Part shown: positions 26,001-39,600 of the stretch, piece after piece
Position numbering within the stretch: position 1 is the first letter of the stretch
How the letters are laid out: the number at the start of each line of letters is the position of its first letter
Origin: Tubulanus polymorphus
Lineage: Eukaryota > Animalia > Nemertea
NCBI RefSeq assembly: GCF_964204645.1
Contig: NC_134028.1
Span: forward strand, 12,881,263 to 12,945,262
Direction of reading: 5' to 3'
DNA length: 64,000 nucleotides
Translations under genes and position numbers: made by a program
The notes under the pieces: generated by a model
What the model saw: only the letters and a program-made list of their open reading frames with translations
Told to the model about the DNA's origin: nothing
The model's database searches: none

Positions 26001-27071
26001 TATATTATTATCTCTTTCTATTTTTGGGACGTTTTTAATTATAACAGGATACTTATCTATCTTATAATTATTTTTAAATGGTTTATAATGAGTTAATCTA
26101 CAAATATTATAAGTTGCAGGATGTAAACAACTTATTATAGCCCATAGAAAACATTTATTATCAAAATTTTGTACATTTATTACATCATTAGTTTTAAATG
26201 GTAGTTTAATATAACTTGTTCCATTTATACTATCATCTTTATAATATGATAAATTATTTTCATCAATTGGTTTTGATTTAGTTAACTTATTATATTTTGT
26301 GTTATAAACATGTAAAGTTATAAATATTATCTCATCAAATATTAAACCAGATCCTTCAAAATATTTCTCTTCTATTTTAGTTTTTACTTCATTATAACAT
26401 TTATCTAATTTATCATCTATATGTTGTTTAGATATAATATGTTGTGAATGAGAATTTATATTATATATTGGTTCATCTTCAGATTTTATAAACTTTACTT
26501 TAACTGATATACTAATTTTAGGATATTCAACATCAGTAATTATTTTTATAATATTTTTCATATTTTCTAAATGTTTTTTATTTTCTTCTAATGTTTTTCC
26601 TTTATGAAATTTAAACTCGATAGCTGCTGGACCAATATCACTTTTAAATGCTTCGGTTATCTCTATATCTTTTTTATTATCTAATGAATTAATATAATTT
26701 CTTACATCTTCCATGTATGGTCTTTTATTGTTTAATTTATTTTTTATGCTTTTAATTGTCTTCTGTTTCTTATCGTTATCATTATCAAAATAATCTTCAC
26801 CTAAAATATCATTATTCTTATTTCTAATATGACTTATAGATTTTAAATGTTCTTTATAATATCTTTTATCACTGAATGATTGATTACATGTATCACATTT
26901 GTATGTTTCTTTTTCATTCTTTAATTCATCTAATTTAGATTCTAATATATCATCTTCATATTCTAGTTTCAATTTATTCTCTAAATGTGTTTTAGTTTTA
27001 TTGTGTCTTGCTTTTTGGGATTTATCTATATTGATATTACATGTTGGACAGTAGTACTTATTTGCTTCCAT
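23039..27071 (-). pseudogene. B pPolB, nearly full length (1224-aa ORF); catalytic DTD changed to DTV and C-terminal frameshifts
   Basis: Zn fingers, OTU-like DNKCFLW..HY, exonuclease motifs, EndoVII-like CYYC..DHDH..H.NCN, polymerase motifs. Confidence 0.95.
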
Positions 27072-27151
27072 TTTAATACTAAATTTTTTATTAAAATTGA
27101 TTTTAGAAGTTCAATGATTTAAATGTTATTCATTTATATGAATATTTTAAG

Positions 27152-27555
27152 AGTAATAAGGATAATAGGCTTTCGGGTTAAAGGTTGAATGGTCGAGTTC
27201 ATTAAAAACATATATTAAATGTAATTAAAAACTATAATATATTTTCATAACCGTGTGTATTTCAGTTGAATAATAGAATAATTATTATTATTTGAATATA
27301 TTTGATTATATGAATTTGTGTATTGTAAATAAATCAATTGGTCGCGGAGCGGAGCGGTAGCGAAGTGGAGCGACCAATTGATTTAATACAATATGCTTTT
27401 TAAATTATTGATATCTTAGAATAAATATTTAGTTTTAATATAAAATACACACTGTTATGAAAATATATTATAGTTTTTAATTACTTTTAATATTTTGTTT
27501 TTTAATGAGCTCGACCCTTCGACCTTTGATCTGAAAGCCTATTATCCCTATTACT
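27152..27555. repeat. B terminal hairpin (type I)
   Basis: Imperfect palindrome; inverted copy of 6535-6939. Confidence 0.95.
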
Positions 27556-28237
27556 AATATTTGATGAAAATTTAGCTGCAGTTAAGATGAGGAGAACATC
27601 AATGAAATTTAATAAACCAATCTATGTTGGCGCTTCAGTTTTAGAATTATCAAAATTACTAATGTTTGAATTCTATTATAATGTATTACAACCACTTTTT
27701 GGAGAAAAACATATAGAAATATTATATTTTGATACTGACAGTTACATATTAAAGATAAAAACTGATAACATAACTGATGATTTAAAAACATTAAAACATC
27801 ATTTTGATTTCAGTAATTATCCTAAAAATCATGAATTGTTTAGCAATGATAATAAAAAAGTTCCTGGTAAATTCAAAGATGAATTAGGCGGTGAAGAAAT
27901 GATTGAATTCATTGGTATTAGATCTAAAATGTATTCATATAAAACTAAAGAACATGAAGCTAAAAAGTTAAAAGGAATAACCAAAAGTGTAGTAGAAAAG
28001 AATATTCATTTCAAAGATTACATCAATTGTATATTCAATGAAGAAGTTAGAAAACATAAGATGAGATGTTTAAGATCTGAAGATCATGAAATGTATAAAA
28101 GATATATGATAAAAGATATATTCTGGATGATGGAATTCATACAGTTGCTTATGGTTGCAATTTAGATGAATACTTAAAATTTAAAAAGAGAAGAAACAAA
28201 AGAGAACGAGATAATGAAAAGAATTCTAACGTGTTAA
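27556..28237 (+). pseudogene. A pPolB, 3' part
   Basis: YFDTDS, GKFKDE, SKMY, KGI motifs; internal deletion near 28095. Confidence 0.93.
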
Positions 28238-28266
28238 TCAAATTTTAATAAAAATATGTATTATAA

Positions 28267-28608
28267 ATGGAGAGTAAACAAACACACAGTGAGAACAACA
28301 AATTATTTCTAGATAGAATTAAAGATATCACAAATGTAAAATCTGTAGATTATAAATTCAAAAAGTTAACAGAATTAACAATTCATAAGAAATATCTAAT
28401 TACAAATATTGATACAGTTACTAATAACTATGGAGATAAATTAGTTATACACTTAGAATATGAAGGATTAAAAGGAAATACATATAAATTCAGAACATAT
28501 TTACCAGATAGATTTCATAGATTATCAAGTGAAGACTTAGAAGAATTATGTTCTGGAGATTTCTATTTCGTATACAAGGTAAGAATGAAAAAGGGCACCA
28601 TGAAATAG
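28267..28608 (+). CDS. A MESKQ-family protein (frameshift near end)
   Basis: Homolog of 22656-23009. Confidence 0.7.
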   Translation: MESKQTHSENNKLFLDRIKDITNVKSVDYKFKKLTELTIHKKYLITNIDTVTNNYGDKLVIHLEYEGLKGNTYKFRTYLPDRFHRLSSEDLEELCSGDFYFVYKVRMKKGTMK

Positions 28609-28636
28609 ATTTCGAATAAGAAAATATGTAAAATAA

Positions 28637-29389
28637 ATGGCGGAATTAAAAGAATACAGAATATTTGTTGATTCTAGAAAACTTACAAATTATAAATCAC
28701 ATAATTTATTTGTACAATTAGATAGAGAATTCAAGAATTGTGTTGATTTAAAATTAGTTAATATAAGTTTATGTAATTCTTTTCATATTGTATCGGATAA
28801 AAGTTTTGATCATAGAATGTTTATGATTCATGATAAAAATATGGATAAATTTTATCATCTATTTCTAAGACCAGGATTATATAATTTAGAAACATCTCAA
28901 GAAATTAATAGAAGAGCTCGGTTAAAAGTGGGTGAATCTGTTGGGTTTAACATTAAATTTAATAAAATTGATAGTACTAATTAAATAAGAATAAAGTTAA
29001 CTAATGAACAATATAAATTCATAGTAAGAAAACCATTAAATAAAATGCTAGGAGTTAATCCAAATAAAGTTTATTCAAATGTTGATACTACGCCAAATAT
29101 AATACCTTTTACGCACTTCTATATTAATTGTAATTTAATTGATCCTACAAAAACATTCGAAGCAACTAAAGATAAAACTTGCAATTCTAGTATACTATAT
29201 ATTTTACCATTAAAAAATGTCAAACAATTTGGAACTCAAATAAATTATAATTTAACAGAATGTGATTTTAAACCTTGCATTCCTAAATTTAATAATTTTG
29301 AATTAGAAATAAGAAATCATAATGGATATTTAATTGATTTGAATAACTTTCCTGTAATTTATGAATTAGTTATAAGATGTAACGAGTAA
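28637..29389 (+). pseudogene. A penton, internal stop at 28982-28984
   Basis: Two ORFs aligning with 41040-41795. Confidence 0.8.
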
Positions 29390-29405
29390 TTTTTTCACTA
29401 TATAA

Positions 29406-29708
29406 ATGAATATAACTGTTGGGCCGAGTATATGTTTTGGGTTTGATTTTAAACATGAGAAAGAAATGAAATTTAACGTTAATGATGTAATTCCACATAT
29501 CAAAAATATTACATTTTCTAATGAAACAACATTTGAGTATGAAACAACAATAGATAAAGAAACTTTAAATGTAGAAAAGATTACTAATTTAATTAGAGAA
29601 TCTTTAAGATTTTATGAATTAGATGAAGATTTTATCATCGATGATATTAAAAAAATAATAATTGAAATATATACAAATGAAACTAGTAATGAAATAAATG
29701 TTGATTGA
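29406..29708 (+). CDS. A MNITV-family protein (100-aa allele)
   Basis: Homology to B and C copies. Confidence 0.75.
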   Translation: MNITVGPSICFGFDFKHEKEMKFNVNDVIPHIKNITFSNETTFEYETTIDKETLNVEKITNLIRESLRFYELDEDFIIDDIKKIIIEIYTNETSNEINVD

Positions 29709-29762
29709 ATCATCACTAAGATAACTAAATATTTTGATGATAGTAATTTTTTTGATAAATAA

Positions 29763-29984
29763 ATGAGTGATAATAAGTGGATAATAACTGGATTATATAA
29801 TGGCGCATTACTATCAGTTGGAACTGTTGGTTATTCAATGGTATTAAAAAAAGTATTTAAAATGGGAAGTGTTAATGTTGATAGATTTGATATAAATGAT
29901 ATTTTAAAATTAACGTTAGCAGTTACTTTATCTAATTTAACTATTGATTATTTGGAAAAACAAAAATATATTCCTCCCATATAA
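29763..29984 (+). CDS. A MSDNK-family protein
   Basis: Identical to B and C copies. Confidence 0.85.
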   Translation: MSDNKWIITGLYNGALLSVGTVGYSMVLKKVFKMGSVNVDRFDINDILKLTLAVTLSNLTIDYLEKQKYIPPI

Positions 29985-30008
29985 ATGCGTAATTATTTTG
30001 CTAAATAA

Positions 30009-30431
30009 ATGGCTTCTGCAATTATAACTATTATAGGATCGGCAATTGTTAACGCTTTAGCATTTACTGGTGGTGGTTATTTATTCAAGCATATTGATAA
30101 AAATGGTTCATTAACAGAACAAAAAAGACATAACTTAGCATTAGAGAAATATAATAAAGCAGCAGAAGAATATAGAGAAAAGAGGCAAAACTATATGGAT
30201 TATATTAACAAGGAATTATATGATCAGAAGATTTCACATATAGATTTTCAATCAGTCGATGATGCAATGAGTTTGTATAACGCGGTAACCAATAAAGAAA
30301 AATTACATCTACATAAACCTACAATATCAGATTATTATACCCCAAGTAATGAACAGAAGAAATATGAAATAATATGGATTTTAGGCGGAACTGTTATTGT
30401 TATATTTGTTGCTTATAAGTTTACTAATTAG
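30009..30431 (+). CDS. A MASAII-family membrane protein
   Basis: Homology to B and C copies. Confidence 0.85.
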   Translation: MASAIITIIGSAIVNALAFTGGGYLFKHIDKNGSLTEQKRHNLALEKYNKAAEEYREKRQNYMDYINKELYDQKISHIDFQSVDDAMSLYNAVTNKEKLHLHKPTISDYYTPSNEQKKYEIIWILGGTVIVIFVAYKFTN

Positions 30432-30439
30432 TAATTTTT

Positions 30440-32828
30440 AGGCCAGCCGTAGGCTGAGCCTATTACTATACAAATGGAGCGAATTTAAATGACATGGTTT
30501 CCACACAAAAGGCTCTTTTGCTTGCCAAGTGACGGCATATTCGAACAAATCACGTATTTAAGCGTAATCCATTGTCGGAATCGTAGCGAGCAGAATTTTG
30601 AAATAGGCTTTCATAAAAATGTTTTCTGCATGTTTCACGAAAATAAAATCGGGAAAATTTCAACTTTTATCAGCTAATCAGGAAGTTGTGTCTTCCCTGT
30701 GATTGGTTTATCTAAAAATATCAGCAGCTGTTCACGTGAATTATCGTGATTTCATTACTGGCGCTTTTGCGCATGACGTCATGTATCAACACGCGACAAT
30801 ACTTCCGCGTTCGCTACGTGTTCGCTGATTGGCCCATTTACTGGGAAATTCCACAGAAGCCTAATGTGGTTTGTTACAAGCGCTGTGATTGGCCCCACCC
30901 GATTCTGGCACGGCTTTAGCTTAGTGGGTTCGAATCCCTTGACGGGAGAAGATGATGGATCCTATCGATGCTATCAACAAATAAGTTTCCCGGTTGGGCT
31001 GCTGCGGTTATCTACCGAAAGTGTTGCGGTTCGATATTTCGAGGTTTCTTTGAATTTTGGAGTGATATTGAAATCCGGTAAATACCAGCGGTAGATTGTG
31101 AACACCCATTGCTTGATATTTGTACTACTTAATCAACGAAAAGCGTCGGGGCCGCGCCAGGAGTTTTCGCGATTCAAGTAGCTCAATAGCCTACTTCTTC
31201 GTGTTCGTCCACCTCCGCAATTTTCACTCCGCCGATCTCTGACACGGCTCTGTCGCCGTCAGCGCTGTGATTGCACTATTCGTACCACCAAAATTTTTTA
31301 TTTCTATATCAGGGAGGTCTGGAGAATAAAAAAGTCAAAATTTGGATATCACATAGGCCTGATTTCATCGAATAAGTCGACCATGGTCGTTACGTTTCCG
31401 TACTTATTACCACCTAAAACCGTCTGAACAATTTTGTCACAACCAACATTTCGTTTACAGAAATCAGGTGTTCACGTGAACCCGCGGTATCGTCTATTGT
31501 TTTACTTCCGGGTTTTATTTTAAGATTTAAAATCGTATTTCAAGATCGATTTCTATGAAATCTTTTGTTGATTTGGTGTTTGGGAGGAATTTTTATTTGC
31601 TCTACAGAAAATTCATCCTTGACAATTGCGCAAGGTTCGCAAAAAATTTCTTTTCCCAAATCGAGTGTATGAACTTGATATGCTAATTAGCCATGTGCTC
31701 GAATTGCAAATTCAATCAAATTTTATTCTGCCAAAAAAATGTTAAATCCAATTCGCTTTCCGAGAGTTAATGGTATGCTGCATGGAACAAAGTTGTTTTG
31801 AGATGGGTCTTGAAGCTATTGAGTCGAGAGATAACCATCTAGATAGTTCATGAGAGTTCCAAAGTTTTGAAGACGCTTCAAGGTAATGTCTTGATATTTG
31901 GTTTATACGTGTATCTACCCTAGACACATCTTCAGGCCAAAAACTGGCCCTATCAGATTCAAGATGGCCGACTGGCAGCCATTGTTGTTCGCCAAAATCA
32001 GCACTTTTTACACATTTTAGAAGTTTTCGAGGGAAATTTTGAAGACACTTTTATCAATAACCTTGATCATTCGTATATATTTGTATCCCCCAAGGTCCCA
32101 TGGGCATGAGAAAAATTGGGTCGATCGGACTCAAGATGGCCGTCCTGTGACCTTTTTTGTTCCCAAAAATGTTAATTTTGGCCTGAATTCTGAGTCCTGT
32201 AGCTTTCTAATGGTGTGTCATTTTTCATTGCAATTTGTAATGGGTATTCTTTGGAAAAGGATCTTTTATATCCGAGAGGGTATTTTTGACCAGGCAATTA
32301 TGACGCAATTGGCGGCCATCTTGGGGTCATCAGTACTCATTCATAGGTGGAAAAAAAGTTTTGCCACATCATTTTGATACTTAAGCATATTTTGCTACCA
32401 TAATTAATTGGAAAGTTGTAGCTCATGACATGTTCTATGATTGAGGTGAGTTTCAAGCTCATTGGTTTTTGTTTATGGCCACCAGGGGGCGTTGAACAAT
32501 ACAATAACTTAGTATTTCTATATTACATTCGTACCTATGCATATTTTGCTACCACAATCAATTGGAAAGTTGTAGCTCATGACATGGTCTATGATCTTGG
32601 TGAGTTTCAAGCTCATTGGTTTTTGTATATGGCCACCAGGGGCGTTGAACAATACAATAACTTAGTATTTCTATATTACATTCGCTCCTGCTGTCTGTGT
32701 TAACACACGATTGTACTATGTAAATGACATTGAGCAGGGAGTGTATATTGATAAATATAACCCACAGATTACATCATTTATAAAAAGCAAATCTGACAGG
32801 CTGGCCATTGTGCCCCTTGGGGCTCTTG
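30440..32828 (+). mobile_element. Non-autonomous Helentron-type element, copy 2
   Basis: Same termini as copy 1; inserted in the intergenic T-run that is intact at about 42843 in C. Confidence 0.8.
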
Positions 32829-32842
32829 TTTTTGCTAAATAA

Positions 32843-33268
32843 ATGGATGATAATATTGATATTATTCCTCATGATATAAATAAAACTAAATTGAAAATAT
32901 ATTTAGAAAAACAAATATTAGAATTTGAAAGTGATTTAAAGATAAAAAAGAAAAAATATTTAAAAAGTAAAATTATATATTATCTTATTATTAGTGGTTC
33001 GGTTACAATTAGTTCTGTAATAACATTTTTAGCAATATTCAGTCCATTAACACCTTTAGCTATATCAATTGGTGTATTAGGATTAAGTTCAAGTGTTTTA
33101 ACTGGTATAAGTTCAAAATTAAATATAGAAAGTAATAAAGAAAAAATTAAAACTAATATAAAAGAAATTAATAAATTAAAGAATACACTAGATTATATAA
33201 TAAGTTTAAATGGCCATATAACAGTTGAAGAACAAGATAAATTATTAAAAGAATTAGTTAATTATTAA
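32843..33268 (+). CDS. A two-TM coiled-coil protein
   Basis: Homolog of 42859-43293. Confidence 0.85.
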   Translation: MDDNIDIIPHDINKTKLKIYLEKQILEFESDLKIKKKKYLKSKIIYYLIISGSVTISSVITFLAIFSPLTPLAISIGVLGLSSSVLTGISSKLNIESNKEKIKTNIKEINKLKNTLDYIISLNGHITVEEQDKLLKELVNY

Positions 33269-33284
33269 TTTTTTAATTATATAA

Positions 33285-34586
33285 ATGGGGTTTCCAAAAG
33301 CTTTCCAATATAATAAATCAATTAAATATAATATTCCTGCAATAGATTTTAAGAAAAATATTACATATAAAAATGTAGTTTTAAATTCATTAACTAATTT
33401 AGAAATTTATGTTACTGAATCACAGTTTTTTATTTCTAAAATGGAAAATATATTTAATACATATGAAGTTACTTTTACTCGAGATGAATACCATATATAT
33501 AAAGTAAAATCTAATATGAAATATTGGCAGAATCAATTAAATTTTGCTGTTTATTGTGCAACAACAGGATGTGGAATAAGTTGGAATGATCATTTAAATA
33601 ACTTAGATAAAAATTTGAAGTATTCTGATTTAAAATTAATTCACACAATATTTAGATTTCACACATATTTTCAAATCAGAATAATATTAAATGAATTAGA
33701 ATGTCCTTTACCCGGGTCTAAATATTTTAAAGAATTGGATAATAATATTAATCTATCTAAGTTTTATAAAATATGTAATGAATTTAATATAAATACTAAT
33801 TCCGATTTTAGAGCGCATGGTAAATTGCAAGGTATTGGTGAACAGTATGAAATAAAAAGAATTGATTATATGCATAGAATTGGAGCTTATCATAATTATA
33901 AAATTGATAATAATAATGGTTGGGTTAATTTCATTTTAGAAAATGGTGAAGGTTTTACAAAATCAGGTATACAAAGAATAAATCAATCTATTAGAACTTA
34001 TTTGATATGTATTTTAGGTGCGCACGTTGAAACAAGATCCCCAATAATTGGAAATGATAACACTTCATTCGATGCGCAGAAACAATTTAAAGTATTATTT
34101 GAAGATTCAATTCATAATGATAAAAATAGATCGATTCCAGAAAACATTGTAAGATATCAAAATTATTTAGATAAATCACATATTAGATTAAATTATTGTA
34201 TAGGCCCTAATCTATTTATTATTTCTAATGATTTAGTATTAAAGATGGGAAACATAATTGGTTATAATAATCTAATTAAAACTGCAACAATAAATAATTC
34301 ATTTGGATTAAATGATATAAATAAAAAGATTTTCACTGCTCCAAAATTAATGGAAGGTGAAAAAAATAAAAAACATATTCAATCAACTGAAACTAAAACT
34401 AATAATATTAACTTAAATAATGATTCTAAAATAAAAGATTACAATACATCAGAATATATTAAAACTGATATTATTCAACATGATATAATTAAAACTGATA
34501 ATGATAATAAATCCCATGAAAATGCTAAATTAGCTATAACTTGTATAGGAATTGTAATCGGAGGAATATTATATTTTAAATTTTAA
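33285..34586 (+). CDS. A WQNQLNFAVYC-family protein
   Basis: Intact 433-aa ORF with C-terminal TM. Confidence 0.85.
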   Translation: MGFPKAFQYNKSIKYNIPAIDFKKNITYKNVVLNSLTNLEIYVTESQFFISKMENIFNTYEVTFTRDEYHIYKVKSNMKYWQNQLNFAVYCATTGCGISWNDHLNNLDKNLKYSDLKLIHTIFRFHTYFQIRIILNELECPLPGSKYFKELDNNINLSKFYKICNEFNINTNSDFRAHGKLQGIGEQYEIKRIDYMHRIGAYHNYKIDNNNGWVNFILENGEGFTKSGIQRINQSIRTYLICILGAHVETRSPIIGNDNTSFDAQKQFKVLFEDSIHNDKNRSIPENIVRYQNYLDKSHIRLNYCIGPNLFIISNDLVLKMGNIIGYNNLIKTATINNSFGLNDINKKIFTAPKLMEGEKNKKHIQSTETKTNNINLNNDSKIKDYNTSEYIKTDIIQHDIIKTDNDNKSHENAKLAITCIGIVIGGILYFKF

Positions 34587-34605
34587 TTAATTTTTTATTA
34601 TGTAA

Positions 34606-36258
34606 ATGGCAGAAGGTGGAGAAGATATTCCAATGGATCCTTTAGATGAACCTGGTATAAGTGATGAACAACCACCTGATTTTAGTGAAACAAGTTTTAG
34701 TTATGATAATAAAACAGAATATAATACTAATTTAGGTGAAGATGATGATTATGATGATGATTATGATGGAATTAATTCCGAATTACGTGAAAAATTAATT
34801 AAATATTTACAAGCTCCTGAAAGTGGTAGAATTTCAACTAGAACAGAAAGAAAAGAATTTATGGAACTATTAGTAGAACAACAAGAAAAATATCCTGATA
34901 AACATATGGAATTATATAAAATGAAATCTAGATTAACAGATACAATTGTTAACGAATTATTACCAAAAGTTGTAATAGATGAAATTGATACTGAAGATGT
35001 TGTAGAACAAATTTTTAAAGATGACCCATATTTCACGAATGATTTAGAATTTAAAAATGATTCATGGTATTATAATCTTGAATTAAATAGGAATACTGTA
35101 TCAATTCAATTATCTAGAATGGGTCAAGAAAATATTTTTGAACCTGGAATGCGAGCATTATCTACAATTGAAGGTTCAAAAGGTGGTAGAGAATTTCTCA
35201 GAATTATATGGAATGCACTCGACAGAATAAATAAAGAAGAACCAATTCCTAATATTGATATTAACAAATATTCACCATTTAAAAATCCAAATCCAAATCC
35301 TACTGATGTTGATCCAGAAACTGATGAAGATTTTGCAAATCGATTAGATAAATTAAGAACTTCAACACCAGAAACATCGAGAAGAGACACTCAACCAATT
35401 GTTAATGGTGCAAGTCAATTACAATTAACATTAGAAAAACAAATTGATAGTTTAAGAGATTCAGAAGAAGAGATGAATAGTATATCAGATACATCTGGTT
35501 CTGAAATTGGAATAAATTGAATACAATCTTTACTAGAAAAAGGATTACTTGATTTAACTGAAGAACAATTACAAATATTACCTGAAAAAGCACGTAGAGA
35601 AATTAAAGGTGTACAAATATCAGCTGGTGAAATTGCTAATATTAAGATGAGATTTTCTAAAATAACCATGTTAGAAAAAGAATTAGCTAATGCAAATGAA
35701 GAATTAAGACAATTAGAATTAAATAAAAATCTTCAAGTAATAGAGGAAGCTGATTATGAAAGCAGAAAATTAGCTTTAGTAAAAAAAATAGATGATTTAG
35801 AATATAACATAGAATTACAAAAAGAAGAAAGAGATACATTATTAAAATCATATGATCTTAATCATATTAAAAAATTAAAAGTTATTTTTAAAGATTTGTT
35901 GATAAAACCAAATTCTAAAATATCATTGAAAGATAGAATAAGATTGTTATTTAAATTAGAAGGAATCACAATTCTTTCAATTCTAACAGCTGTTACTATG
36001 GTATTCACAACAATAGGTTTAGCAATATCAAATGCTTTAAAATCTACTCCTACTCCAAATAAACCGGATAAACCCCCAGGTAATAATTCTATACAAGATA
36101 AAGTTAAAGATGGTTTAAAGAAATTAGCAAAATATTTATGGGAACTTTCAAAGAAATCTGCTGCAGCTTTACCAGGAATTATTGCATCAATTGTTGGTTT
36201 TATATTGAAATTTGCAGGAAACATTATTAACTTTGCTGCTGAACATATTATTTTATGA
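34606..36258 (+). pseudogene. A MAEG-family protein (stop at 35520, C-terminal deletion)
   Basis: Aligns with 44715-46400. Confidence 0.85.
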
Positions 36259-36271
36259 ATGAGTGGGAGTT

Positions 36272-36537
36272 AGTAATAGGGGTAATAGGCTTTCAGGCCA
36301 AAGGTCGAACGGTCGAGCTCGTAAAAATGAAAAACATAAAAATAATAACAATTTCTACTTGAATTACTCGCGAAACTCATAAAAATGAAAAATAAATTCT
36401 CACACGCTCGAATTTATTTTTCATTTTCATGAGTTTCACTCCTAATTCAAGTAGAAATTGTAATTATTTTTATGTTTTTCATTTTTACTCACCCGCCCGT
36501 TCAACCTTTAACCTGAAAGCCTATTACCCCTATTACT
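36272..36537. repeat. C left terminal hairpin (type II, 266 bp)
   Basis: Near-complete fold-back with apex aataaattc-tcacacgctc-gaatttatt. Confidence 0.95.
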
Positions 36538-36617
36538 CTTAAAATATTCATATATATGAATAACATTTAAATCATTGAACTTCTAAAATCAATTTTAATA
36601 AAAAATATAGTATTAAA

Positions 36618-39600
36618 ATGGAAGCAAATAAGTACTACTGCCCAACATGTAATATCGATATAGACAAGTCTCAAAAAGCAAGACACAATAAAACTAGAAC
36701 ACATTTAGAGAATAAATTGAAACTAGAATATAAAGATGATATATTAGAAACTAAATTAGAAGAATTAAAGAATGAAAAGGAAACATACAAATGTGATATA
36801 TGTAATCAATCATTCAGTGATAAAAGATATTATAAAGAACATTTAAAATCTATAAGTCATATTAGAAATAAGAATAATGATATTTTAGGTGAAGATTATT
36901 TTGATAATGATAACGATAAGAAACAGAACACAATTAAAAGAATAAAAAATAAATTAAACAATAAAAGACCATACATGGAAGATGTAAGAAATTATATTAA
37001 TTCATTAGATAATAAAAAAGATATAGAGATAACCGAAGCATTTAAAAGTGATATTGGTCCAGCAGCTATCGAGTTTAAATTTCATAAAAGTTAAACAATA
37101 GAAGAAAATAAAAAACATTTAGAAAATATGAAAGAAATAATAAAAATAATTACAGATGTTGAATATCCTAAAATTAGTATATCAGTTAAAGTAAAGTTTA
37201 TAAAATCTGAAGATAAACCAATATATAATATAAATTCTCATTCACAACATATTATATCTAAACAACATATAGATGATAAATTAAATAAATGTTATAATGA
37301 AATAAAAACTAAAATAGAAGAGAAATATTTTGAAGGATCTGGTTTAATATTTGATGAGATAATATTTATAACTTTACATGTTTATAACACAAAATATAAT
37401 AAGTTAACTAAATCAAAACCAATTGATGAAAATAATTTATCATATTATAAAGATGATAGTATAAATGGAACAAGTTATATTAAATTACCATTTAAAACTA
37501 ATGGTGTAATAAATATACAAAATGAAGATGATAAATGTTTTCTATGGGTTATAATAAGTTGTTTACATCCAGTTGAAGATTATAATAAACATACTTATAG
37601 ATTAACTCATTATAAACAATTTGAAAATAATTATAAGATAGATAAGTATCCTGTTAGAATTAAAAATATTCCAAAAATAGAAAGAGATAATAATCTTAAA
37701 ATAAATGTATTTGATTTAATTAAATTACCAAATACAAAAGGAAATAATATTAAACATTAAACATTAGAACCTTTATACCTATCAAAAGATTATGATTCAA
37801 ATAATGTTATAGATATACTATATTATGAGAATCATTATATGTGGATTAAACAAATCGATTTATTTTTTAGAACAGAAAGTGATCACCATAATAAAATATA
37901 TCTATGTAGAAAATGTTTACATAAATTTAGTAATGAAAGTACATTATTAAATCATAAACAACTATGTGATAATCATGATTATTGTAAATTAGTTTTACCA
38001 AATGAAAAAGATAAAATATTAGAATTCAAAAAATATGATTACAAAAATAAAGTACCATTTGTAATATATGGAGATTTTGAATCATTGAATAAAGAATTAA
38101 CAGATAAAGATAGAAAAGATATATATTATAAAAGAAAGAAATTAAATTCTAATGAAAGTGATTTTTCAGAAGAACCGCCAAAAACAAATACTATAAAAAA
38201 AAGATTCACCAATCAGCTGCAGCTTTCGGGTTATATATTAAATCTGATTATCCAGAACTAATTGAAAGTGAATATTATCAGTATAGAAATGAAAATGTTA
38301 TTAATCATTTTTGTGACTTATTAATTGAATATGAAATAAGATTTAGTAAATTATTGAATACAAATATAGAAATAATTATGACAGAAGAAGATAAAGAAGT
38401 ATTTGAGTTTGCAGATAAATGTTATTATTGTGAAAAGATATTTAATTATAAAGATAAAAAAGTAAGAGACCATGATCATTTGAATGGAAAGTTTAGAGGT
38501 GCAGCGCATGAGGCTTGCAATTTACAAGCCAAAAAAGTAAATTTTGTCCCCATTATATTTCACAATTTATCGGGGTATGACGCGCATTTATTCATTAAGC
38601 AACCTTGTCATAAAATAGAAGAAATTAATAATGAAATAGAAATATTAAATTCAAATAAATCAAAAGATAAAATACCAACTTATAAATTTAGAATGTTAGC
38701 TAAAACATCTGAGAATTATATATCATTCCAATTTGGTTGTTTAAGATTTATAGATTCATATAGATTTTTAAATAGTTCATTAGATAACTTATCAAAATCA
38801 TTAGTTGATGATGAATTAAAGATATTAAAAGAATATTACCCAAATTATGATGATTTTAAATGAATGAGATATAAAGGTGCAATTCCATATTCTTTCTATA
38901 AAAATCATAATGATTTTAAAATAACTGAATTATTGAAAGAACAATTCTATGATGAATTAAAAAATGAATATGTTAAAGATGAAGTCTATAATAGAACATT
39001 GAATATTTGGAATCATTTCAAAATAGAAAATCATGGACAATTAGTAGATTTATATTTAAAATCAGATGTATTATTATTAACCGATATATTTGAAAGGTTT
39101 AGAGATGTAAACCTAAAATATTTCAATATTGATCCTTGTCATTGTTATTCATCGCCAGGATTAACATGGGATTGTGGATTAAAATTTACAGATATAAAAA
39201 TGGATTTGTTAACAAATATAGATCAATTACTATTATTTGAAAAATCTATAAGAGGAGGTGTTTCAGGTGTATTAGGTGATAGATATTTCAATGTAAATGA
39301 TAATCCTGGATATAAATTATTATACATAGATGCAAATAATCTTTATGGTTGGGCAATGATGGAACCACAACCTTATGGGATGTTTGAAATAACTGAAGTT
39401 TTACAAATTGATAAATTTGATTGGAAGAAAAGAATCCTAGATATTGCAGATGATTCAGATATTGGTTACTTCTTTGTTGTAGATTTAGAATACCCTGAAA
39501 ATATTAAATTCAAATCTAGAAATCTAGCATATTGTCCCGAACATAAAATTGTTAAACATGAAGAATTATCAAATTATCAAAAAAGAATTAAACCCGATAA

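Larger units (their letters stand above)
6535..27555 (-). mobile_element. Polinton-like element B, nested in A pPolB
   Basis: About 600-bp TIRs; flanks aacag-AATATA and AATATT-tgatgaaaat rebuild GNRIFDEN. Confidence 0.95.
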
